Of a DNA stretch of 64,000 nucleotides, positions 52,857-63,225 are shown in pieces. The DNA comes from an uncultured delta proteobacterium (GTDB lineage Bacteria > Desulfobacterota > Binatia > HRBIN30 > BPIQ01), in assembly GCA_963761335.1 (NCBI GenBank), contig CAVXGR010000021.1, positions 96,001 to 160,000 of the forward strand, written 5' to 3'. The notes beneath the pieces are model-generated. The model was not told the DNA's origin. It saw only the letters and a program-made list of their open reading frames with translations, and searched no databases. Each line of letters begins with the position of its first letter. The stretch's first letter is position 1. A program made the translations under genes and the position numbers.

Positions 52857-54025
52857 TCAGGGCGACGGCACGTGCTCGGGAACGAGCTGCGCCGCCAGCT
52901 CCCGTCGGCCGTCGCGGAAGCGCACGACGGTGACCGTCTTGCGCGGCAGACGGGAGCCGCCGGTGTAGCTGATCGTTCCGGTGACGCCGTCGAGCTCGCT
53001 GGTGGTGGCGAGCGCTGCACCGATCGCCGACGGGTCGCTGGAGCCGGCGTGACGAATGGCGTCGACCAGCAACTCGACCGTGTCGTAGCCGAGGCCGGCG
53101 AAGGCGTTCTCGGGCGGCGTGCCGTAGCGGCTCTCGTAGTCGGCGACGAACTGGCGCACCCGCTCAGCGGACGAGTCGGCGGTCAGCAGGGCGTGTGTCG
53201 TGTAGTAGGTGTCGTCGGTGGTCGCGCCGAGCGGCTCGAGCGATGTCGTGTCGTAGGCGTCTCCCCCGAAGATCGGAAGGTTGATGCCGGCGGCGCGCAC
53301 CTGGGGGATGATGTCGGCGATCTCGTCGGGCCCCGCGGCGATGTAGAGGATGTCGGGCGGAGTGCCGAGACTCTGCAGCTCGGACAGCTGTGCGGACAGG
53401 TCGAGAGCGCCGTCGTGGCCGTGGTAGTGGGCCTGGAGGACGACGCTGCCGCCCACCTCCGCGAACGCCTCCTGGAAGTACTCGCCAGCAGAACCGTGTA
53501 GTCCAGGCTGTCGTCGAGCAGCAGGTAGGCCGTACCGGCTTCAGCGACGAGGCGGCGATTCCGCAGCGGCGGCGGCCTGCTCGTTGTCGCCGAAGCAGGC
53601 GAGATAGAGATAGACCGGAACCTGCTGCGGCAGCTGCGGCGAGGTCGCGCCGGAGGTGACGAAGAAGATGTTGGCGGCGGCCGCGACCGGAGCCGCGGCG
53701 AGCACGGCGTTGGTGTCGCTCAGCCCGAAGACGGCGGAGACGCCGGCGGCGATCAGCTCGCCGGTGCGCGCTGCCAGCACCGTGGTGTCGGTCTCGCCAT
53801 CGACCGTGAGAAGCTCGATCTGTCTTCCGAGCACGCCTCCGGCGGCGTTGATCTGCTCCGCGGCCAGGACCGCTCCGTTGCGCGAGGGAACGTCGAGCGA
53901 TGCCTGGCCGCCGGTCAGGTTGAACACGGCGCGGAGCCGGATCGGCGCCTGACTGTTGAGCCGCATCCGGCGACCACCACGGCCGACAGCAGGGCCGCGA
54001 TCCACGGGAGTAGTGCGTTTCGCAT
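52857..54025 (-). pseudogene. Branched-chain amino-acid-type ABC substrate-binding lipoprotein, frameshifted
   Basis: LTGGQASL..LAAEQINAAGGVLGRQIEL, TSGATSP, GGDAYD, GLGYD, GVTGTI, split over several frames. Confidence 0.75.
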
Positions 54026-54155
54026 CGGGTTGGGTCGCTCCTCCTCTGCTGGTTCCATGTAAATCACGGTCCGCAAGGCTCGCGCAACGGCGGGTAGTGT
54101 CCGAGTTTGCCGGTCCGACTCTGCAATTGTCTCCTGCCCGCCTCGCGCAAGGGTC

Positions 54156-54294
54156 TCCTCTCCCCGCATTCTTTTCGCGGGGAGAGGATCAAGGTGAGGG
54201 GCTTCTTCGTCACTGAACGTTCACGATTTCTGCGGCGTTCAAGAAGATCGGAACCCTCACCCTGTCCCTCCCGCGAAACAATGTGGGAGAGGGA
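54156..54294. repeat. Inverted pair of CCCTCTCCC/GGTGAGGG REP-like hairpins
   Basis: tcctctccccgc..gcggggagagga..ggtgagggg versus ccctcaccc..tccctcccgcg..tgtgggagaggga. Confidence 0.75.
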
Positions 54295-54364
54295 ACCGCG
54301 GCCGCAGCCGCGTGAAAATCGACGGCAGTCGTTGTCAACGGGGGGCATTCCCCAAAATAGGACA

Positions 54365-57300
54365 CTACTGAACGCCGCCGCGGCGCAGAGAACGCCGTGA
54401 GGATGATAGCCCGGATTCACGTCCGGCGGCGCCGAGGTCCATCCAAACCACGCAGCTGAGCGCGATCACGGCGACGGCCAATGCCTTCGACGACAGGGTC
54501 GGCCCGGTTTGCTCAGCGGAAGACCTGGCCCGCCCGGATCGAGATCCCGTCACCTTCCCCCGTGTCGTCGCCGACGGTCCCGTCCTCCAGGTTGAACATG
54601 GCGACGCCGACGGCGGGGACGAAGGGCAACGACGCCGTTCGAGTAGCAGATTGTGCGGTGCGCCAGTCGCGAGCGTGTACTCCTCGTTGTTTGCTGCGCC
54701 GGGCGGTTTCGGGCCTTGCTTCACGTATTGGAGGAACGGTGAGGCGAGGTTGTTGGTGCCGTGGTGTACACCGTCACCTTGGTTGACGGAAAACGGGCAA
54801 CTCGAACGAGAGTGACCGAAGGGCAGCGTAAATCCGCCGGCATCAACGGCACGGCTTTGACGTTCTTGTGCGGGCAGCTCGCGTCGGTCAGCAGCGTCTC
54901 GTAGCTTCCGTCCGTCTCGTCCGGCAACGAGGTTGCGTCGCTCTTCAGGCGATCGAGGAGCCGTCGCCGTCACAGTCGCCGCAGTTCGGCGCATCGTTCT
55001 CGATCCGATAGTAATTCCGTCTCCGTCGTCGTCTCATTGCTGAATCCCACAAGTGGTGAGGCACGCGTCGTCATTGGATGCATTGCCGTCGTCGCACGCT
55101 TCGACGCCGCCACCCGGTCCGCTGGTGCACGTGCCCGCGTCGGAGCAGAGGAAGCCATCGCCGCAGGTGGCGGTAGCGCAGGTGTTGGGGCAGCTGTCGT
55201 TATTCGACAGGTTGCCGTCGTCGCAGGTCTCGTTGGCTCCCAGAATCCCGTCGCCGCAACTGCCGCACCCGAAGATCGCGATCGCCCCGCTGTTGAGGGC
55301 GGACACGTACAGATTGCCTCCATCCGGGCTGAACCCGAGCAGCGCGGTGAAATCGAGCGCGGTCCCGTCGACGCACTGCCCGCCCGTTCGGGTGTCGCTG
55401 ATACAGCCGAACTGGTCGCTGCGCTGCGTCAGCTCCCCCGTCGCGGGATTGCGATTGAAGATCGCAACGGCATCGCTGGCGGTGGTGGTGACGATCACCA
55501 GCAATCCATCCGGGCTGACCACAATGCCATCGGCGCCATTGAGCGCTTTGCCCAGCGCGCAGGTTCCGCCGAACGGCGAGACGCAACCGGCCGTTCCCGC
55601 CTTCTGCGTCAGCTTGCCGGTCATGGGGTCGCGGTCGAAGATCACCACCGCTTGGCTCAGCCCTGACGCTACGTAAACGTTGCGATTATCGGGACTCACG
55701 GCGACCCCAATAGCCCCGTTCAGCGCCCTGCCGTCGACGCACGCTCCTGCAGTGCCGTCGTCACTGATGCAGCCGTCGGTACCCGCCTTCTGGGTCAACT
55801 TGCCCGTTGTCGTATCGCGGTCGAAGACGTCGACGGCGTCACTGAGCACGGCCGTCGCGTACAGGTTGCGGCCATCGGGGCTCACCACCACTGCCGTCAC
55901 CCGATCGAGGGCGACGCCGTCGATGCAATCGCCACTGCTGCCGTCGTCGCTGATGCACCCATCGGTGCCGCCCTTCTGGGTCAGGGCGCCGGTGCTCGTA
56001 TCGCGATCGAAGACGGCCACGGCTTTGCCGTCGAAGGTGGCTCCCGTGTAGACATTCTTGCCGTCTGGGCTGACGGTGACCGCCACGATGTCGTTGATCC
56101 CTCTGCCATCAACGCAAGCACCGCTGGAGCCGTCGTCACTAATGCAACCGGCGGTGCCCGCCTTTTGTGTCAGGACACCCGTCGTCGTGTTGCGGTCGAA
56201 AATGGTCACTGCGCTGCTGTTGCCGGCCACTGCAAAGTAGACGTTCTTGCCATCGGGACTAACTGCGGCCTGGAAGGGGGCATCGAAGTCGGTGCCGTCG
56301 ATGCATGTTCCCATGCTTCCGTCGTCGCTGATGCACCCGTCCGGGTCGGCCTTCTTCGTCAGAGTGCCCGTCATTGGATTGCGATCGAAGATCACCGCCT
56401 TGGACCCGGTGGTATACACATTCTTGCCGTCGGGGCTCACCGTCGCCGAGTCGGCGAAGGCGAGCCCGGTCGCTGTCGTGCACGCGCCGCCGCTTCCCGT
56501 ATCACTCTGGCAGCCCGCTGTGCCGGCGAGTTGTTGGAGAGCGCACGGTTTCTTGCAGGAGCTGGAGCAGCCGTCGGTTTCGTCGCTGTTGCCGTCGTCG
56601 CATTCCTCGCCGAGATCGACGACGCCGTTGCCGCACTGGCTCTCGTAGGCGCCAATGTCGCACTGAGCGAACTGCGGCCGAGTGACGCCGCGCTGATCGG
56701 TGGCGACCATCACGCCGCAGCCGTTGGTCGCGTTGGGGATGGCATTCAGCGCCGGGCTGCCCGGCAATAGGGCGATCGTCTTGGTTGCTCCGCCGTTGTC
56801 TTGCGGGCCCATGAAATCGAGGTGTGGATCGGTGTTCGGTTGCGAGTTGTTCCCACCGCTGAAGCCGCAGCTCGTGCCGTCTTCGACGTTGTACCCGCCG
56901 TCAGTGACGGTGGTGTCGCAGTTGCCACCGGCGGTGTTGCCGGCGACGATCGTGTTCTTCACCGTGAAAGTGCCGGCTTCGAAGTACAGCCCGCCACCCG
57001 ACGGCGCCGCGTTGGCGGTGATGGTGCAGTTGGTGACGGTCATCAGGCCGTCGCTCCACAGGCCGCCGCCTTCATCGTTCGCGGAGTTGTCGAAGAACGT
57101 GCTGTTGACGACTTCGAACGTGCCTACGTTGTAGTCGGACAATCCTCCACCGACGTCGCTGCTGTTGCCACTGAACGTGCTGGAGGAAACAGAGGCCATC
57201 CCGCCGAAATTCTCGATGCCGCCGCCGACCCCGCCGGAGTTTTGACTGAAGGTCGTGTCGCTGGCGGAAAGTGTGCCGCTGCTGTAGATGCCGCCGCCGC

Positions 57301-57946
57301 TGCCGCGAGTCCCCGCCATATCGTAACCGCCACCGCCGAGTCCAGTCTGATTGGACGAGAACACGCTGGTTGCGACGACCAATGTTCCGCTATTGAAGAT
57401 TCCGCCTCCGGCGCCGCCGTTGCCGCCCAAGGTGACGCCGTGTCCGCCGTCGCCGGTTTTGTTTTGCGCGACGGTATCGTTGGTGAGATGGAGCGTCCCA
57501 GCATTGTGAACAGCGCCCCCGCTCCCGCCCGGTGCACTGCCCGCGTCGTCGGCACCATTGGGCGTGTAGCCGCCGCTGAGGGTCAGGTGGTTCAGTGTCA
57601 GGGTCGCGCCGCTGGCAATCTGAAGGAGGCGGAAGCGCGGCGCCCCGGCGTCACGCGTGATGGTTGCGTTGTTCCCGTTGATGGTCAGATCAACGCCGTT
57701 GGTGATGACGGGCAAGCCGTTGGTATCAATGCCGCTGCCGTTGTCGGCGGTCGTGAGCGTGTAGGGGCACGACAGGGTAAGATCGATGACTTGCGTGCCG
57801 CCCGCGGTGACCGCATTCGTGATCGCGGTGATCAGCTCGCTGACATCGCATCCGACGGTTGTTGCAGCCGGTGTCGGTGCGGGACGGAACAAGAGGACCG
57901 ACACCAACAGAATCGTTGACAGCAGGCGCTTCTCACGTGCAACCAC
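54365..57946 (-). CDS. Large surface protein: Gly-rich beta-helix/choice-of-anchor Q region, Cys-rich DUF4215-type repeats, 7-bladed propeller, frameshifted C-terminus
   Basis: GTG 57946 with [54 protein letters not shown]; seven SPDG blades; intact to 55034, fragmented beyond. Confidence 0.75.
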
Positions 57947-58062
57947 GAGAACCCTCCTTCGTGCGCGACAACGAGTCGGATGCCGATCACGGCGCGGTGC
58001 CTGCGACGGGCGCACCATTAGTACACCGCGTGCAGGGTTGGCAAGCTACGTGTGATCGCTAG

Positions 58063-58223
58063 CAGCCCGTTGAAGAACAGAACGGCTACTCCGGGCGGTC
58101 ATTTTGCGCCAGCTCTTCGTTGCCGAATCCTCGACAAAACCGACAAGTTTGCCTCCGGTTCGGCGCCTCGATCTGGCGCAAAATGCCTCGCCCTCGCTAC
58201 GCCGCCTGTTCTTCAACGGGCCG
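58063..58223. mobile_element. 161-bp MITE with 18-bp TIR and CTAG target duplication
   Basis: CTAG|cagcccgttgaagaacag ... ctgttcttcaacgggccg|CTAG (1 mismatch); internal cattttgcgccag/ctggcgcaaaatg stem. Confidence 0.85.
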
Positions 58224-58464
58224 CTAGGGGCAGGGCTGGGTCGGACCGCTGCCGCGTGCCCTCGCCGACAAGGCGCAGCACCTGGCGGTTGCCGGCCGCC
58301 CGTCGGCCTGCCGCGCGAGTAGCCGACAGCGCGTTTCTCCGCGGATTCCACCCTCGGTGGCGTGCGGACAGCCGGAAATCGCCGGAGGAGTGATTGACAT
58401 ACGAATTGCTCTGCGGCAGATCTAGGCCAGTTATTCTAGAACAGTTGACCAAGAGGGGGCCTGA

Positions 58465-59634
58465 ATGCGTCCGGAGACCTACCTAGAGAACGTCCGTGCG
58501 CTCGTCCCCGCCATCCGCAGCCGAGCGGCAGAGTGCGAATCTCTGCGGCGACTGCCCGACGAAACACTTGTCGAGTATCGAAAGACGGGTCTGCTCCGCG
58601 CGCTTCAACCAGTCCGATGGGGAGGGCTCGAGTTGAGTCCGCTGACGTTCTTCCAGGCCGCCACCGAGGTCGCCGCCGCCTGCCCGTCGAGCGCCTGGTT
58701 TTTGAGCGTCGTCGGGATCCACAACTGGCAGCTCGGACTCTTTCCGGAACAGGCTCAGAAAGACGTCTGGGGCAAAGACACGAGCGTCCTGATCAGCTCC
58801 TCGTACGCGCCGACGGGAAAGGTGGAACGCGTCGATGGCGGCTTCCGGCTCTCGGGTCGCTGGTCGTTCTCCAGTGGCTGCGACCACTGCCAGTGGGTGT
58901 TCCTCGGCGGCGTCGCGCCCAGCGACGGTCCGATGCCCGATATGCGGACCTTCCTCGTGCCGCGCGCCGATTACCGGATCATCGACAACTGGCACGTCGT
59001 GGGGCTCTCGGGAACGGGCAGCAAGGATATCGTCGTCGACGGCGCCTTCGTGCCGGAGCACCGTACGCATCGATTCGCAGACGCGTACATGCTCCAGAGC
59101 CCCGGCCAGGCCGTGAACCAGGGCACGATCTTCCGCCTGCCGTTCGGTTGCATCTTCTCGTTCTGCATCGCGGTACCGGCGATCGGGGCGGCGCGCGGCG
59201 CGCTGGATTCGTACCGTGGCTACATGCAAAACAAAGTCGCGGCGTACGACGGGTCGAAGGTTGCCGACGATCCGTTCGCCCAGCGCCGGCTCTCCGAGGC
59301 GGCCGCGGAGATCGACGCCGCCGAATCCGAGGTGCGCTCTACCTGGGAGGCGATCTGCGCCCGCGCCGAAGCGGGTGATGCGATTTCCCTCGAGCTTCGG
59401 GCACATGCCCGCTGGAGCGCGGCCAACATCGTTTTGCGAGGCGTGCGTGCCGTCGATTTGCTGTTCGAAGCCAGCGGCGGGCGTGCGCTCTTCCGCGACA
59501 ATCCGATCCAGCGATACTTCCGCGACGTCCATGCGATGCGCGCGCATGCGTTGAACAACCCGGACAAGGCCTCGCAGATCTTCGGCTACACCGAGCTGCA
59601 CCCGGGCGCGGCGCCGCCAGATTTCTTCCTGTAG
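58465..59634 (+). CDS. hsaA: Flavin-dependent monooxygenase oxygenase subunit (HsaA/HpaB-C2-like, acyl-CoA dehydrogenase fold)
   Basis: LQPVRWGGLE, SVVGIHNWQLGLF, SSSYAPTG, WSFSSGCDHCQW, GTGSKDI, PIQRYFRDVHA..HALN. Confidence 0.85.
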   Translation: MRPETYLENVRALVPAIRSRAAECESLRRLPDETLVEYRKTGLLRALQPVRWGGLELSPLTFFQAATEVAAACPSSAWFLSVVGIHNWQLGLFPEQAQKDVWGKDTSVLISSSYAPTGKVERVDGGFRLSGRWSFSSGCDHCQWVFLGGVAPSDGPMPDMRTFLVPRADYRIIDNWHVVGLSGTGSKDIVVDGAFVPEHRTHRFADAYMLQSPGQAVNQGTIFRLPFGCIFSFCIAVPAIGAARGALDSYRGYMQNKVAAYDGSKVADDPFAQRRLSEAAAEIDAAESEVRSTWEAICARAEAGDAISLELRAHARWSAANIVLRGVRAVDLLFEASGGRALFRDNPIQRYFRDVHAMRAHALNNPDKASQIFGYTELHPGAAPPDFFL

Positions 59635-59651
59635 ACGGAAAGGAGAGATTG

Positions 59652-60539
59652 ATGACCGCAATCTCACGACTGGGGTATCTCGGCTTCGAGGTCAGCGATC
59701 TATCCGCATGGGAGCGCTTCGCGGTGGATGTCCTGGGCCTCGTCGTCTCAGAGCGACGAGCCGACGGCAGCCTTGCCCTGCGGATGGACGATCAGGCGCA
59801 GCGCCTCGTCCTCCGTCCGGGAACCCGCGACGATCTCGCTCATGTCGGCTTCGAGGTGGAGAACGAAACGTCGCTGCAGCAGCTCGCCGACGATCTCTCC
59901 ACGGCGGGCTTCGCCACCACGCGGGCAGCTGATGACCTCGCGCGCGCCCGCCGGGTATCGCGCCTGTATCAAGTGAGGATCCCAACGGCGTTCCCGTGGA
60001 GCTGTTCTGCGGACCCGACGGTCGGCCAGCCTTTCCGATCGCCGCTGGTACCGTCCGGATTCGTCACCGGCGACGAGGGGCTCGGCCACGTCGTCTTCGG
60101 GACGATGGACCCGGAGGCCACGGAGAGGTTCTACCGCGAGCTCCTCGGCATGCGCCTCTCGGATCGCATCGAAGCCGAGCTCGTGCCCGGGTTCTCGCTG
60201 CAGGTGACCTTCCTGCATTCCAATCCGCGACACCACACCGTGGCCTTCGCCGCGGCACCGATGCCGAAGCGAATCCACCACTTCATGCTCGAGGCCGGCG
60301 CCATGGAGGACGTCGGGTACGCCTACGATCGGGCTCTCGATGCGGGGGTGCCGATTGCCAGCACGCTCGGCATGCACCCGAACGATCGCATGTTCTCCTT
60401 CTATGCCCGGACGCCTTCGGGCTTCGAGGTCGAATTTGGCTGGGGCGGTCGCAAGATCGATGAGGCGACCTGGGAGGTCGATCAGTACGATCGTCTCAGC
60501 ACATGGGGCCATCGGCCGCCGTCGCCGGTCGGGGGGTGA
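59652..60539 (+). CDS. hsaC: Type I extradiol ring-cleavage dioxygenase (HsaC/BphC-like)
   Basis: RLGYLGFE, LRMD, GLGHVV, FLHSNPRHHT, IHHFMLE, LGMHPND.MFSFY..TPSGFEVEFG; compensating indels near 59975-60020. Confidence 0.85.
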   Translation: MTAISRLGYLGFEVSDLSAWERFAVDVLGLVVSERRADGSLALRMDDQAQRLVLRPGTRDDLAHVGFEVENETSLQQLADDLSTAGFATTRAADDLARARRVSRLYQVRIPTAFPWSCSADPTVGQPFRSPLVPSGFVTGDEGLGHVVFGTMDPEATERFYRELLGMRLSDRIEAELVPGFSLQVTFLHSNPRHHTVAFAAAPMPKRIHHFMLEAGAMEDVGYAYDRALDAGVPIASTLGMHPNDRMFSFYARTPSGFEVEFGWGGRKIDEATWEVDQYDRLSTWGHRPPSPVGG

Positions 60540-60540
60540 G

Positions 60541-61517
60541 ATGACCGAGCCCTACCGCATCGACGTCCACCACCACATCCTGCCGCCGGAGTACGTCTCG
60601 GCGCTTGCGGACCGGGGGATCACCGGGGGCGGCGGCCTGCCATTCCCCTCGTGGAGCTCCGAAGAAGCGCTCGGCCTGATGGACCGGCATCCATCCAGGC
60701 CGCGGTGACGTCGATCTCTTCGCCTGGCGTCCACTTCGGCGACGCGACCGCCGCCCGCGACCTGGCTCGGCGCTGCAACGAGGTCTCGGCGCGCCTGGTG
60801 AGCGACCATCCGACTCGTTTCGGTGCCTTCGCGACGCTGCCGTTGCCCGACATCGACGGTGCGCTCCGCGAGCTCGAGCACGCGGTCGACTCGCTCCACC
60901 TCGACGGCGTCGTCCTCCTCGCCAGCCAGAGCGACGGTCGCGTGCTCGGCGATCCCACCTTCGACGAGCTGTTTGCCGAGCTCGACCGGCGCCGGACCGT
61001 CGTCTTCGTCCATCCGACGATTCCCAGGAGCAGCGAAAGGATCCCGATCGATGTGCCCGGTTTCGCCGCAGAGTTCACCTTCGACACCAGCCGGGCCATT
61101 CTGAATCTCATCTGGACCGGAGCCGCCGAGCGGTTCTCGAACATTCCCCTGATTTTCTCACACGCGGGCGGCACGGCGCCTTTCCTCGCGTGGCGCTGGA
61201 GCTTGCTGGGCTTCACGCCGCAGATTCAGGAGCGCGCGCCTCGCGGGGTGATGCACTATCTGCAGCGCTTCTTCTACGACACGGCGCTTTCGGCCAATCC
61301 CCATGCCCTGCGCTCGCTTGGTGAGTTGGTTGGTCCGTCGCACATCTTCTTCGGGAGCGACTTCCCGTTCGCCCCCGAGCCGGTGACGCAAATGAGCATC
61401 GACGGCCTGGCGCAGTACGACGGCTTCGACGACGCGGCGCGGCGGGCGATCGAACGTGACAACGCACTCGCCTTGCTACCGAGGCTGCGCAGACCTGTCG
61501 TACCGGAGGAGGGATGA
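60541..61517 (+). CDS. Amidohydrolase_2 decarboxylase/hydrolase (ACMSD/LigW-like); one frameshift near 60690
   Basis: RIDVHHH in one frame; RRCNE, VFVHP, SHAGG, YDTALS and FGSDFPF in the next. Confidence 0.8.
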
Positions 61518-62197
61518 GCAACGGCAACGTCGCGCGCAAGCTCTCCCGCCGCGAAGAGCTCGGGGTCGAGTCGCGGCGGAAGATCGTCGATGCCGCCGCC
61601 GCCCTGATGGCCGAGCACGGCTTCGCGGGGACGAGCATCGCGGCCGTGAGCAAACGGTCGGGCCTGCCCTCGGGCTCGATCTACTGGCACTTCGAGAGCA
61701 AAGAGGCGCTCCTCGGCGCTGTCGTCGAGGAAGGTGCGCGGCGCTGGTTCGACTCGCTGCAGGTGAGCGACAACCTTTCCAACGATCCGGCGGCTCGTGC
61801 CGCTGCGTTGCTGGAAGCCGCTGCGACCTCTCTCGAAAAGCAGCCGGAGTTCTTGCGCCTCCTGTTGCTGATCGCCCTCGAGCGTCGCGAAGTCGACAAG
61901 ACGTCGCTCGCAGTCATTCGTCGAGTGCGCGCTCTCGCGCTCCAGCACATCCGTAGTCTGGTGGCGGCCCTGCTCGGCGCCTTCAATCAGAAACGAGCGA
62001 ACCAGTTGGCCGACGATTTCGCGCGATTGCTCCTCTGTGTGGCCGACGGCGCCTTTGTGGCGCATCACCTCGATCCCAAGAAGACCGACATTCGAGGGCT
62101 CTTCGACCTCCTGCGAGGCGCGCTGACTGCCCTGGCGCGCGAGTCAGCAACGCTATCCCCCCTGCGTGCTCGGCGGCGTCGCCGGCGGCTGCGGTGA
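61514..62197 (+). CDS. TetR/AcrR family transcriptional regulator
   Basis: SRRKIVDAAAALMAEHGFAGTSIAAVSKRSGLPSGSIYWHFESKEALL; ATGA overlap with the amidohydrolase. Confidence 0.94.
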   Translation: MSNGNVARKLSRREELGVESRRKIVDAAAALMAEHGFAGTSIAAVSKRSGLPSGSIYWHFESKEALLGAVVEEGARRWFDSLQVSDNLSNDPAARAAALLEAAATSLEKQPEFLRLLLLIALERREVDKTSLAVIRRVRALALQHIRSLVAALLGAFNQKRANQLADDFARLLLCVADGAFVAHHLDPKKTDIRGLFDLLRGALTALARESATLSPLRARRRRRRLR

Positions 62198-62339
62198 TCT
62201 GCAATTGCGGCCCTCTCTAGCGGCCTTGGGGAGTGAGGAATCGTCCGAGGAGGGCATCGGCGGTGGCGATCGCCTCGTCGAGCGTGAGCGCCGGACTCGA
62301 AGCCTGCACGTTTCTCGGCCAATGCTCGGCGACGCGACC

Positions 62340-63225
62340 GGGTGCGCGTCTCCGGTCTTACGTGACGACGACCTACGGCTCCAATGACAGAACATTCAAG
62401 AACCTGTCTCTGATTCAGATGGACATTGCCATCAAGGACAAGCGCGCCCAGCCGACCGGATGGCTGTTTGGAACATTCCAATACAATGGCCGGCTGGGTC
62501 CGGCGAGCTGGAGCAACCTGATTCCGCTCGGAATCATGTGGGGTAACGATCCGGATGTCGCGGGGAGTACCTATACCCAGTTCTTACCGGGCGGGCTCTC
62601 GCCCACATCACCACCGCAAACGCCGATGACCCAGACGAAGGTAAATCCGAAGCTGAAGGAAACCTCGATAAATCGGAACACGAAAGAAGTGCCGCCTTCG
62701 CATCTCGGTTGGAATGGCCGGCTCAACGGTCCCGTCGACAATTTCTTGAGCTCTTGCATGAGCTGCCACATGACGGCAGAGGTTCCGGCGCTTTCCCCGG
62801 CCAACCCGACTTTCCAAGGTATCTGGAACGTGGCCAACCTTTCCCAGCCCCCGGTTGGCTCCCCTGTCGATCAGCCTCCCCCGCAGGGATTCACGGGAGG
62901 TTGGTACGGAGGATGGATGCGGTGGTTCCAGAACCTCAAGTGCGGACAGCCCTTTGACCCCAGGGGAAATCCCTGGACTCAGGAGGGAGCCAAGTCCACG
63001 GACTTCAGCTTGCAGCTCTCACAGGGACTCACCAACTTCAGTGAGTGGCAGGCCCTGGCGGGGCTCTACGCATCTGCCTACGGGGTCACTCGAACGGGTA
63101 AACTTACAGCGGCTGCTCCGAACGCAAGGCCGGCGGCTCGAGCCCGGACGTCGTCAAAGATTCCGAGCGCCAAGGGACATACGGTCTTTCCCATTACGCG
63201 AGGGGCGGTCCCACCCAATCCATAG
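62340..63225 (+). pseudogene. 5'-truncated hypothetical protein with a heme-c motif
   Basis: IQMDIAIKD..TGWLFGTF..GIMWGNDP..HLGWNGRLNGPVDN..SSCMSCH; no credible start or signal peptide. Confidence 0.55.

Noticed and set aside
58430..58450. KstR operator upstream of hsaA
   Set aside because: TAGAACAGTTGA is one base short of TnnAACnnGTTnnA; only an 8-bp TTCTAGAA palindrome remains.
59975..60020. Programmed frameshifting in hsaC or neighbouring genes
   Set aside because: No slippery sequence is evident and indels are scattered over many unrelated genes, so sequencing error is more parsimonious.
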